A DNA stretch of 64,000 nucleotides from Acidimicrobiales bacterium (GTDB lineage Bacteria > Actinomycetota > Acidimicrobiia > Acidimicrobiales > RAAP-2), in NCBI GenBank assembly GCA_036509795.1, contig DATCEX010000008.1, positions 12,441 through 76,440 of the forward strand, read 5' to 3'. Positions 29,157 to 37,808 of this stretch are shown here, in pieces. The position numbers and the translations under genes are program-made. Numbering within the stretch: the first letter of the stretch is position 1; every line of letters begins with the position of its first letter. The notes under the pieces are model-generated. The model was not told the DNA's origin. It saw nothing but the letters and a program-made list of their open reading frames with translations, and searched no databases.

Positions 29157-30568
29157 GGTGACACCCGTCTGTTGCTCGCGCTACGACGAGTGGACTTGAG
29201 TGCCCCGCGCGCCATGGTGACTCCAAACTCTCGTAGCCACGCACTGCTGCGTTCGGCATCGGTGAGCAATTCGTCGAGGGCCACAACGAAGTAGTCGATC
29301 TCGACCTCGGTAGCCACGAGGGGGGGCAAGAGCTTGATGATATTCACGTTGTCCGCGGCCACTTGCGTCAAGATACGGTATCGGTGAAAGAGTGGGACGA
29401 CGATTGTTTGGGAGAACATTGCGGTTCGTGCCGTTTCAACGGCGCGCCAGCGAAGTCGGGCACCACGGGAGGCCGGAGCCCCGAATTCGATCCCAATCAT
29501 CTGGCCGCGACCTCGCACTTCGTGCAGAAACTCGTGACGCTCGGCCAGAGCGCCGAGCTTGGCGTGCCAGAGATCTCCCATCGCGGCGGAGTGATCAACG
29601 ATGTGCTCATCGTCCATGACACCCAAGGTCGCGAGACCCGCCACCATCGCGAGCTGGTTGCCCTTAAAGGTGGTCGAATGCACCATGGCCTGGTCCATGG
29701 AACCGTAGACGCTGCGCATTATCTTGTCACTGGTCAACATGGCCCCCACGGGTACGTACCCACCCGAAATCGCCTTGGAGACCGTGATGATGTCGGGAGT
29801 GAGGCCGTAGTGCTCGAAGGCGAAGAACGCGCCGGTACGTCCAATTCCCGTCTGGACCTCGTCGCAGATCAACAAGGCTCCCGCATCGTGCACTGCCGTC
29901 TCGATCTCGCCCCATCGCTCCGTGTCGAGTTCGTACACTCCCTTGCCCTGTATGGGTTCGACAATGAAGGCCGCCACGTCACCTCGACGAAGTTCTGCGC
30001 GCAATTGCTCGACGTCGCCGAATGCGACCTGAGTCGTTCCGGGCAGGAGCGCCCCGAAACCCTTTTTGAATTCTGACGAACCGTTGAGGGCTAACGCTCC
30101 GGTGGTGAGTCCGTGAAAGGCGTGTGACGCGTAAAGAATTCGCTCGCGCTTGGTGCTGGCACGTGCGAACTTGATGGCTGCTTCCACCGCTTCGGCACCC
30201 GAATTGCCAAATACCACTCGCTCGATGCCGTCGTGACTGCGAGTCACTAACTGTTCGGCCAATAAGCCCGGTAACAACGCGCTGTCCATCTGCACCATGT
30301 TGGGCAAATCAGCGTCAATGGCTTGGTGCAGCGCGTCCTTGATGACCGGGTGAGAGCGACCCAAGGCGAACACCCCGAAGCCGCTCAATAAATCGAGGTA
30401 CCGTTGCTCCTCGTCGTCGAACAGATAACAACCTTCGCCGCGCACGTAAAAACGATCGAATCCCAAGGTCTTGACGACTTTGTTCAACTGGGGATTGAGA
30501 TACCGCTCGTGCAACACGAAGTTCTCGCCCCGGCGATCACGAAGTAGTGATTGGAGATCAAAGGCCAT
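29153..30568 (-). CDS. Class III PLP-dependent aminotransferase (ornithine/putrescine/HpnO-like)
   Basis: 471 aa with the motifs GNSGAEAVEAAIK, DEVQTGIGRTG and the TVSKAISGG PLP lysine. It overlaps the SDR gene by 4 nt. Confidence 0.75.
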   Translation of the reverse strand: MAFDLQSLLRDRRGENFVLHERYLNPQLNKVVKTLGFDRFYVRGEGCYLFDDEEQRYLDLLSGFGVFALGRSHPVIKDALHQAIDADLPNMVQMDSALLPGLLAEQLVTRSHDGIERVVFGNSGAEAVEAAIKFARASTKRERILYASHAFHGLTTGALALNGSSEFKKGFGALLPGTTQVAFGDVEQLRAELRRGDVAAFIVEPIQGKGVYELDTERWGEIETAVHDAGALLICDEVQTGIGRTGAFFAFEHYGLTPDIITVSKAISGGYVPVGAMLTSDKIMRSVYGSMDQAMVHSTTFKGNQLAMVAGLATLGVMDDEHIVDHSAAMGDLWHAKLGALAERHEFLHEVRGRGQMIGIEFGAPASRGARLRWRAVETARTAMFSQTIVVPLFHRYRILTQVAADNVNIIKLLPPLVATEVEIDYFVVALDELLTDAERSSAWLREFGVTMARGALKSTRRSASNRRVSP

Positions 30569-30648
30569 AGTTTTCCTTTCGCCGCTGGACCCAATCTAGA
30601 GCGACGTAGGAGTGCGACGAGCCGGGCCCGGCCCCGTAGGCTCAAGCG

Positions 30649-31590
30649 GTGGTCATTTTCTTGGCGCTCATGGCGGCTCTGGCGAATGCCGTCGCGAGTA
30701 TTTGTCAGCGTCTGGGAGTCGAGGACGCGCCTCCCAGACGGGGACCCTCATTAAGTCTCATCCGTCATATGATCCGACGTCGCGTCTGGCTACTTGGTTT
30801 TGTCATCATGGCTGCGGGCTACGCCGCTCAAAGCGTCGCGCTGCACTTGGGATCGCTGAACGAGGTCCAGCCGCTCATGGTGAGCGAACTCGTCCTCCTC
30901 GTCTTTCTCCTCTGGATCTGGTTCGCCACTACGTTGAGCGTGCGTGACGCAACTTCGGCTGTGGCCACGGCCGCGGGACTCGGCGCGTTCTTGGCATTCG
31001 CTTCACCAACGACGGGTCCCGCGATGCCTAGTGGAGATCGATGGTTCGCCGTGGGATCGATTGTGGTCGGAGTCGTTGCCGCGTTCGTGATCCTCGGAAT
31101 TCGTGGTCCGGCCTGGTGGCGAGCAATATCACTTGGGGCAGGCGCATCCACCGGTTTCGCTCTCCTCGCGGCGATCACCAAGTCAATGACCAACCTCTTA
31201 GTGAAAGGATGGGGACCACTCTTTAGTTCGTGGCAGTTGTACGCGCTGTGTGCGATCGGTCTGGCGTCGTTCGTCATCATGCAGAGCGCTTTTCAAGTCG
31301 GTCCCTTCGCGGCATCGCAGTCCGCACTGATCCTCTTGAACCCCTTAGTGTCACTGGCCCTTGGTCGCTTGTTGTTCGACGAGCACCTTCGCGGCGGAAC
31401 GTTTGCGGTGACGGCGCAAGTGGTCTCTCTCGCTCTCATGCTCCTCGGTGCCGTCGGTCTTTCGACTTCGTCGCTCGTGACCGGTCTGCACGATGACGCA
31501 ACCGACGCGCACCTGCTGCACGGTCGCGGACGCTACGCCCGCTGGCGTGAAAGTCGCGAACACGCACTCCCGCGTACCGCAACGCGTTGA
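30649..31590 (+). CDS. DMT-superfamily-like membrane transporter
   Basis: 313 aa with about 9-10 TM helices. It is divergent from the aminotransferase operon. Confidence 0.45.
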   Translation: MVIFLALMAALANAVASICQRLGVEDAPPRRGPSLSLIRHMIRRRVWLLGFVIMAAGYAAQSVALHLGSLNEVQPLMVSELVLLVFLLWIWFATTLSVRDATSAVATAAGLGAFLAFASPTTGPAMPSGDRWFAVGSIVVGVVAAFVILGIRGPAWWRAISLGAGASTGFALLAAITKSMTNLLVKGWGPLFSSWQLYALCAIGLASFVIMQSAFQVGPFAASQSALILLNPLVSLALGRLLFDEHLRGGTFAVTAQVVSLALMLLGAVGLSTSSLVTGLHDDATDAHLLHGRGRYARWRESREHALPRTATR

Positions 31591-31626
31591 CGCTCAAGTG
31601 CGTCAACGACGTCGGTACTATTCGGT

Positions 31627-32832
31627 ATGCCCGAAAGTGCGCCCGCTGTCACCCACGTACCTGCGAGACAAGGCATTCGGGTCGCCTTCATTGGGCTGGG
31701 GCGAATTTTCGATCTCAATAAGCTCGCCTACCTCAACCGCGACGACGTCGATGTGGTGGCGCTCGTCGATCCCGACCCGGCGCGCCGCGAACATCGCAAC
31801 GCCGAATGGCCCCGGGCGCGGTCCTTCGCCTCCGTCAACGAGTTGGTCGACAGTGGTCTCGACGTCGACGCCGTCGAAGTACTCGTACCCATTGCCGCGC
31901 ACGAAGAATGCGTGCTGGAGTGTTTAGGGGCGGGTTGGCACGTCAATCTCCAGAAACCAATCTGCGGTGATCTCGACAGCGCTCAACGTATGATCGCGGC
32001 GGCTCACGCGGCGGGGCGACACCTACGCGTCATGGAGAACTATCTCTTCTACGAACCCCTAGAACGTCTCAAGGCCATTATTGACTCTAATGAGCTTGGT
32101 GAGATCAGCAGTTACCACATGAAGATGGTGGCGAGCGGTCGGCGCGGCTGGGACGTACCGGGCGACACCTACGAGCGCCAGTTTGAACTAGCCCGAAACG
32201 GGCGCGGTGCGCTCGTCTTTGATGACGGTTGGCACAAGTTCTCGACGGCACTCTGGCTCTTCGGTCCCGTACGCGAGGTTCGCGCGTGGATTGGAGCAAC
32301 TGAGGTGTTCCCGGGAATCGAGATCGATGCGCCCACCACGATTACCTGGGAACACGTCAGCGGTGTTCGCGGCGTATGGGACATTTCACTCGCCGTGGAC
32401 ATGTTCTTGCGGTCGGATTACTACACCAATGACGAACGCTGGGAAGTGACCGGACGACGTGGCTTCGCACGCGTCAATCGTTGCACCGGGCGAGGCATCC
32501 AGCAACCCAGCCTGGAGATTTATCTCGACGGCGAGATGCGGAGCTATCACGCTCTCGACGACGATTGGGCCAGCAGCTTTTATAAGTCCGGTCAGCATTG
32601 GCTGCAGTGGTTGCGCGACGGAGAGAGCTCTCTTCGATGGGACGCCGACGAAGCCGTTGAGGTGCTTCGCGTCGCTCTCAGTGCTTACCAGAGCCACGCG
32701 TTCGGTGGACTAGCGACGCATTTCTTCGAGAACGAACGACGTGCTCCGTTCGCGTCAGCGTGTCGACGAAGTACAGGGACGAACCCAACATCAGCACGAC
32801 GCCGAGAATCCCTAGAAGAACCGAGTAGGTGA
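31627..32832 (+). CDS. Gfo/Idh/MocA-family oxidoreductase
   Basis: N-terminal Rossmann segment (VAFIGLGRI) and EKP-like LQKPI motif. The 3' end overlaps a convergent gene, so the true stop and functional C-terminus are uncertain. Confidence 0.6.
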   Translation: MPESAPAVTHVPARQGIRVAFIGLGRIFDLNKLAYLNRDDVDVVALVDPDPARREHRNAEWPRARSFASVNELVDSGLDVDAVEVLVPIAAHEECVLECLGAGWHVNLQKPICGDLDSAQRMIAAAHAAGRHLRVMENYLFYEPLERLKAIIDSNELGEISSYHMKMVASGRRGWDVPGDTYERQFELARNGRGALVFDDGWHKFSTALWLFGPVREVRAWIGATEVFPGIEIDAPTTITWEHVSGVRGVWDISLAVDMFLRSDYYTNDERWEVTGRRGFARVNRCTGRGIQQPSLEIYLDGEMRSYHALDDDWASSFYKSGQHWLQWLRDGESSLRWDADEAVEVLRVALSAYQSHAFGGLATHFFENERRAPFASACRRSTGTNPTSARRRESLEEPSR

Positions 32833-33007
32833 ATCCAATGACCAGAATCGCCAATCCCACCACAAAACTGACCAGACTATAAATCCGTATCTTCTTTCGA
32901 CGAGCCGGTATGTTCATCACCTCGACGCTGTGAACGAATCGTGCGTCACTCTCGAGCGATTCTTCCAAACCCGAAAGAATCCTCTGCTCGTGCTCAGATA
33001 GTGGCAT
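32678..33007 (-). CDS. DUF3040 membrane protein
   Basis: The MPLSEHEQRILSGLEESL N-terminus followed by two TM helices is the classical DUF3040 layout. Confidence 0.7.
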   Translation of the reverse strand: MPLSEHEQRILSGLEESLESDARFVHSVEVMNIPARRKKIRIYSLVSFVVGLAILVIGFTYSVLLGILGVVLMLGSSLYFVDTLTRTEHVVRSRRNASLVHRTRGSGKH

Positions 33008-33668
33008 GACATCCCCTCTCCCTCATCTCCGGGGTGCGTCGCCACTGCGATGTACCTGGGGGAACTCTCACGTCAATTGTTGTTCGTCCATTGACGCTAT
33101 GTACTTGACTCGAATACTTCTCTCGCTCGGCACGACCCATAGTAAAACCGCCAAAGGCCGTGAGCAAGACTCCTGGTCCTAGCGCGAGTCCCAGCCAGTA
33201 CGCCAGCGTCCTCGAGGGCGACGCCGCCTGGAAATAACTACCGGCCATGACGGGCCACACCGCCGGAACGACCGCTAGCCACGCGCCGCAGAGGAACACG
33301 AGGAATCCCGAAGTGCCGAGAACACCCGGTGCCGGGAACCCCGTCGGGCGACGAGCATTCGCGATGATGAGTAGACACGCCAAGACGCCCACTGCTTCCG
33401 GCACGACCGCACCGAGGGCATGAACTTGGTTCCACGTCAATGATCCCGTCGCGTCGGGCGAAAAGCCGAATGTGGGACCGATGAAAGGGACGATGCCAGC
33501 CCACGCGGAGAGCAACAGCGCGAGAAATCCCCCAAGGATGAGGCTGAGAGGCGCCCCTCGTACCGAATTCTCCAAGGCCGGGCGTTGCACCACTTGGTCG
33601 GATGGAACCTGCGCACTGGTTTCGTCGTGCGAAACTTCGGGTGAACGATGCCTTAAAAGGTTGGTCAT
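32994..33668 (-). CDS. Membrane protein, unknown function
   Basis: Start chosen at ATG 33668 (MTNLLRH...). It has four or more hydrophobic helices. Confidence 0.4.
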   Translation of the reverse strand: MTNLLRHRSPEVSHDETSAQVPSDQVVQRPALENSVRGAPLSLILGGFLALLLSAWAGIVPFIGPTFGFSPDATGSLTWNQVHALGAVVPEAVGVLACLLIIANARRPTGFPAPGVLGTSGFLVFLCGAWLAVVPAVWPVMAGSYFQAASPSRTLAYWLGLALGPGVLLTAFGGFTMGRAEREKYSSQVHSVNGRTTIDVRVPPGTSQWRRTPEMRERGCHATI

Positions 33669-33776
33669 GGGCACCCCCATTTTACGTTCCCTCACGAAAT
33701 TTGAGTCCTTAGAAATCTCTGTGGGCTACCCGCAGAAGCGAAATCTCAGATTCCCTGATCCGATCAGTTTTGCCGG

Positions 33777-34118
33777 TCAGGTCGCCGCGGCCACGACAAC
33801 GTCGGCCACCATGTGTCCCAGCAATATCGCGGTGCGCCCCACCGCCGTTATGAAGAGCCGGTCGAAGTACTTATTTTGGATGTCGAGCACCAGGGCGGGG
33901 GCGCGCGAGACACCGGTGACTCCCAAAAGAATTGCCGCGGCCATTTCGATGGACGTGTAACTGAAATGCGGGATCGCCACTTCACCTTCTTGAGTGTCAC
34001 AATGTTGATGATGAAGAAAAAAATGCGATGAAGACGGGCAGAATGACCGACACCACATCTCGGGGCACCGCCCGAAGAGCGAGGCTCGTGATCGGCTGGA
34101 ATCAGCGGCAGTTGTCAT
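33777..34118 (-). pseudogene. ABC-2-type exporter permease, 5' fragment with several frame disruptions, 3' truncated
   Basis: The family-like sequence is spread over three frames: LALRAVPRDVVSVILPVFIAFF, FFFIINIVTL, and IPHFSYTSIEMAAAILLGV...DIQNKYFDRL...ILLGHMVADV. A T7 run lies at 34017-34023. The ORF stops after about 113 aa, whereas the family is about 250 aa. Confidence 0.6.
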
Positions 34119-34659
34119 GAAGGTTCCTCCTGAGATTCCGTACGTTCAATGTGGGTGTCAGTCTGTTCAAGAAAAACATCGTCCAACGTGGGCGTACTAA
34201 GAGTGAGGCACGGTCAACGACGTTGGTGCCGGCAAGAGCCACCGCCGCTGGACTAATGGTCGCCGGTCCCGCTCTCGTCGTGATGACCAGTTCGCGTCCG
34301 TTCTCCTCTACGTTCTGTTCCCCCGGCACCGTGTTCAATACCGAAACCATCTCGGCCGTATCTCCCTCGGTTCGCACGAGAATGAGGTCAGAGCCCACCG
34401 TTTTCTTCAGGTCCCTCGGCGTTCCTTCGACAACGATTTTGCCGTGGTCAATGATGCCGACCCGACGAGCCAATTCGTTGGCTTCTTCAAGGTGTTGCGT
34501 CGTGAGAAAAATCGTGATGCTCAGTTCCACGTTGAGTCGGCGAACTTCGGACCGTACCTGGAAACGGCTCACTGGATCAAGACCGGTCGTCGGTTCGTCG
34601 AGAAAAACGATTTCTCGGTTATGGATGAGTGCGGCCATAAGATCCAGGCGGCGCTTCAT
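34115..34659 (-). pseudogene. ABC transporter ATPase (DrrA-like), 5' truncated and frameshifted
   Basis: It begins inside the ABC signature region (..MKRRLDL..FLDEPTTGLDP..) with no Walker A. The canonical end PTLDDVFLEQTDTH...EEPS-TGA sits in another frame after a -1 slip at the GGG run 34191-34193. That stop overlaps the permease ATG (ATGA). Confidence 0.65.
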
Positions 34660-34725
34660 TCTTCCGGGGTCCTAGTCGTCCCAGGGAAGCGTGCCCGATC
34701 ACTTTGTGCCACGCACGAATCGCCG

Positions 34726-36720
34726 CTACTTGACGAAGTACTTCACCTTGCACGAATGTCCGTTAGCCAGGGTGATCGTGAAGACGTGCCACCCCCGAGC
34801 CGATCCGGGCCGTACCTTGACTCGTACGACAAGTTGATTGCCTAGGTCGTGGATAACTACTGCGCCGGTTCCTGTTTCATTACTCTTGATGATCGGCTTG
34901 TTGTAGAAGCCAGCTCCGATGATCGCGACGTTCACGGTCTGACCAACTCGGGCGAATCCGCTTACCCTGCTGGCGCTCAATCCTGCCTTGACGAAGTACT
35001 TCACCTTGCACGAATGTCCGTTGGCCAAGATGACGGTGAAGACGTGCCACCCCTGAGCCGATCCGGGGAACAATCTGACCCGCACCACCAGCTCATGACG
35101 GTAGTCATGGATGACGACTGCGCTCGTTCCCGCTTCGTTACTTTTGATGGTGGGCTTGTTGTAGAAGCCAGTTCCGATGATCGCGACGTTCACGGTCTGA
35201 CCAATCCAAACGAAACCATTCACCTTGCTCGCCGTCAACTTCACGGGGATGACCTTGGCCTTGAACGTCACGGTGGTCGCCGGAGAACTCGCGGCCAGAT
35301 ATGTGGTATCTGCGGCCTTGGTCACCGTGACCGTGCAGGTACCCGCGCGAGCGGCGTTCAATTTGCTGGCGGTGATTCCACAACCTGCCGTGCCGAAACT
35401 CGTGACGGCGTAGGTGACGGCACCGGTTCCCGAGCCGCCGCTCGAAGTCAGCGTGATGGCCTTACCTACCGTGCCCCTAATGGACGTGAGCGTGAGTGCG
35501 GCCTGAACCGCAGGCGCGAACGTCACTGTCGTGGCCGCAGAGTGAGCGGCCAGGTACGTGGCGTCTGCGGCCTTGGTCACCGTGACCGTGCAGGTACCCG
35601 CGCGAGCGGCGTTCAATTTGCCACTAGCGATCGCACAACCCGCCGTACCGACATTCGCGACGGCGTAGGTGACGGCACCGGTACCCGAGCCGCCACTGGA
35701 GGTCAGCGTGAGCGCCGTTCCTACAGTGTCTGTGGTGGACGTGAGCGCGAGGGCCGTCTGAACCTTGAGACCCACTGGCGCGAACGTCACTGTCGTGGCC
35801 GCGGAGTGAGCGACCAGGTACGTGGCGTCAGCGGCCTTGGTCACTTCGACCCCACAAGTACCCGCGCGAGCGGCGTACAACTCACCGCTATAGATTTTGC
35901 AACCCGCTGAACCCGAGCTTGTGACGCCGTAGGTGACGGCACCGGAACCCGAGCCGCCACTCGAGGTGAGCCTCAGCGCGGTGCCCGCCCTGCCGTACTT
36001 GCTGGTAAGCGTGAGGGCGGCCTGGGTCTTCAGCACGAAAGTCACCGTCGTGGCCGCGGAGTGAGCGACCAGGTACGCGGTGTCCGCCGCTTTGGTCACT
36101 TCGACCCCACAAGTACCCGCGCGAGCGGCGTACAATTTGCCGCTATAGATTGCACAACCCGCCGTGCCGGGACTCGTGACACCGTAGGTGACGGCACCGG
36201 TACCCGAGCCGCCACTCGAGGTGAGCGTAAGCGCAGTATCGGCCGTGCCATTGGTGGCCGTCAGCGTGAGAGTGGCCTGGGCCTTCAGCACGAATGTCAC
36301 CGTCGTGGCCGCAGAACTTGCGACCAGGTACGTGGCGTCGGCCGCTTTGGTCACCGTGACCGCGCAGGTGCCCGCGTGAGAGGCGTACAAGTTGCCGCTG
36401 TAGATGGTGCAACCCGCCGAGCCGGAACCCGTGACGGCGTAGGTGACGGCACCGGTACCCGAGCCGCCACTCGATGTGAGCGTAAGCGCCGTATCAGCCG
36501 TGCCACTTGTGGACGTGAGTGTTAGGGGGGCCTGTGCGACCGGAGTACTGTGCGCACTGTCACCGGTGTTGATAGCGACAGGCGCCGCTGAGGCGGCGGA
36601 ACCAGCGACGAACGTCACGCCGGTCACCAACAGCGCCGACGCCGCCCCTAGGGTAACGACCGAGCGCATCACCGATCGAACTGTCGGTCGTGAGGCGGAG
36701 CCACTAACAATGCGATTCAT
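34726..36720 (-). CDS. Secreted repeat protein: signal peptide, 5 Ig-like ~85-aa repeats, then 2 IPT/TIG-like ~86-aa repeats
   Basis: 664 aa with an N-terminal signal-like segment (...VTFVAGSAASAAP). The five copies follow the pattern TLTSSGGSGTGAVTY..GC.I..G.L.A..AGTC.V.VTKAAD..YL.A.SAATTVTF. The two C-terminal copies follow GQTVNVAIIG.GFYNKP.IKSNE.G...VVIHD...LVVRV...PGSA.GWHVFT..LANGHSCKVKYFVK. No LPXTG motif is seen. Confidence 0.75.
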   Translation of the reverse strand: MNRIVSGSASRPTVRSVMRSVVTLGAASALLVTGVTFVAGSAASAAPVAINTGDSAHSTPVAQAPLTLTSTSGTADTALTLTSSGGSGTGAVTYAVTGSGSAGCTIYSGNLYASHAGTCAVTVTKAADATYLVASSAATTVTFVLKAQATLTLTATNGTADTALTLTSSGGSGTGAVTYGVTSPGTAGCAIYSGKLYAARAGTCGVEVTKAADTAYLVAHSAATTVTFVLKTQAALTLTSKYGRAGTALRLTSSGGSGSGAVTYGVTSSGSAGCKIYSGELYAARAGTCGVEVTKAADATYLVAHSAATTVTFAPVGLKVQTALALTSTTDTVGTALTLTSSGGSGTGAVTYAVANVGTAGCAIASGKLNAARAGTCTVTVTKAADATYLAAHSAATTVTFAPAVQAALTLTSIRGTVGKAITLTSSGGSGTGAVTYAVTSFGTAGCGITASKLNAARAGTCTVTVTKAADTTYLAASSPATTVTFKAKVIPVKLTASKVNGFVWIGQTVNVAIIGTGFYNKPTIKSNEAGTSAVVIHDYRHELVVRVRLFPGSAQGWHVFTVILANGHSCKVKYFVKAGLSASRVSGFARVGQTVNVAIIGAGFYNKPIIKSNETGTGAVVIHDLGNQLVVRVKVRPGSARGWHVFTITLANGHSCKVKYFVK
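34729..35244 (-). repeat. Two tandem coding repeats of 258 bp
   Basis: 34729-34986 and 34987-35244 share long identical runs, such as cttgacgaagtacttcaccttgcacgaatgtccgtt and gatgatcgcgacgttcacggtctgaccaa. Confidence 0.8.
35260..36534 (-). repeat. Five tandem coding repeats of about 255 bp
   Basis: The period of about 255 bp is visible in the DNA. For example, 35801-35900 versus 36051-36150 are nearly identical. Confidence 0.8.
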
Positions 36721-36977
36721 TCGCTACCTGCCTTCGTCCGCATACCAGAAATTGGCACTACGAAGGGCACACGTCCGGACCCACCTACAAAGATTGTAGG
36801 GCGTCGTGAGTTGTGTTTACACAAACGTCAAGAAACTCTCCCGAGCTAGAGATCTAGAGATCGTCAGTCAGCTGGCGTCACGCTCGCTCAGGTGTTTCGA
36901 TAACAGTGGTGACAATCACCGGCAATGACGGAAACGAAAACGTGTGAAACGAGGTCGAGAGTCTCCCCCACAAATAG

Positions 36978-37051
36978 TGGGCCGTACAGGACTTGAACCT
37001 GTGACCCCTTCCATGTCAAGGAAGTGCGCTACCAGACTGCGCCAACGGCCC
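36978..37051 (-). tRNA. tRNA-Val (anticodon GAC)
   Basis: A hand-folded 74-nt cloverleaf: acceptor GGGCCGT/ACGGCCC, anticodon arm CTTCC-TTGACAT-GGAAG, T arm ACAGG-TTCAAGT-CCTGT. CCA is not encoded. Confidence 0.9.
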
Positions 37052-37084
37052 CTAAGGGCTCAACCCTACCACTTGGGCCAAAAT

Positions 37085-37756
37085 TCAAAAACCGCGAATT
37101 GACTGCTGCGGTGTGTCGAAGTCCAGCGCCAGCGAGATCTGTGGTGACGCAGCGCGGCGCTCCTCATCATTTCGCGCAACTTGCGCTAAGAATACTTCGA
37201 CCGATGCGCGCGCGTCACTCAAGGCGTCGTGACCACCCGGGGCAACGCCGTAGTACTGGCATAAATTAGTTAGATTCCGTCGTCGTCGCGACGCGGCGCG
37301 CGATTCAATGACCTCGTCGTGTTGGATGACGTCGATCACTCGTAGTCGTTGAACGTGCAAGTCGTCGAGCAAGTTTTTCGAGAGCACCGACGCGTAGCTA
37401 CGCCGCAGCATCTCCAAATCGAAGAACGTCACGTTCGCTCCCACGATGCTGGCCCCACGTCCCAGGTACTCGCGAAGTATCGCCACAGCGCGAATGAGAC
37501 CCATCGACACCGACAACGCTTCTTGGCACTGGTACTTGCTCTCCAAGTCTTCCATCGAGACCCCGTGTACCCTTTGGGCCCCCGGCGAAATCGGCCGGTC
37601 GGGTCGTACGAAGAAGTGTTCACTCCACACGGGTCGGCCGCGTTCGTAGGCCGAGAAACCGTAGGAGATTGCGCGTTCGCTCCCGACGTCCAGTCCCGTG
37701 GTTTCGGTATCGAAACCGAGCAGGACCTCGGGGATGGCGAAGTATTTCTTATGCAC
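37085..37756 (-). CDS. DEDDh 3'-5' exonuclease (DnaQ-like domain protein)
   Basis: 223 aa with the motifs GFDTETTGL (Exo I), VGANVTFFDL (Exo II) and GGHDALSDA (Exo III, H-x4-D). Confidence 0.75.
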   Translation of the reverse strand: MHKKYFAIPEVLLGFDTETTGLDVGSERAISYGFSAYERGRPVWSEHFFVRPDRPISPGAQRVHGVSMEDLESKYQCQEALSVSMGLIRAVAILREYLGRGASIVGANVTFFDLEMLRRSYASVLSKNLLDDLHVQRLRVIDVIQHDEVIESRAASRRRRNLTNLCQYYGVAPGGHDALSDARASVEVFLAQVARNDEERRAASPQISLALDFDTPQQSIRGF

Positions 37757-37808
37757 GTACCAACCTTTGTCGACCGATGTTACATCGGAGCTCTAACACC
37801 GGTCCGGC

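Noticed and set aside
34807-34821. A 9-nt match (GGGCCGTAC) to the 3' acceptor end of tRNA-Val, considered as a possible attR of an island.
   Set aside because: It is too short and lies inside a coding repeat whose paralogous copy lacks it. No integrase is present.
34726-36534. Regularly spaced ~255-bp repeats that could be mistaken for a CRISPR-like or satellite array.
   Set aside because: The period is a multiple of 3 and the repeats are in one long ORF with a signal peptide. The units are protein domain repeats with no short repeat/spacer structure.
36784-36800. The dyad CCTACAA-aga-TTGTAGG upstream of the repeat-protein gene shares CTACAA/TTGTAG half-sites with the ArsR palindrome at 24887.
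   Set aside because: The spacing is completely different (3 versus 8 bp) and the stem is only 7 bp. The similarity is most likely coincidental.
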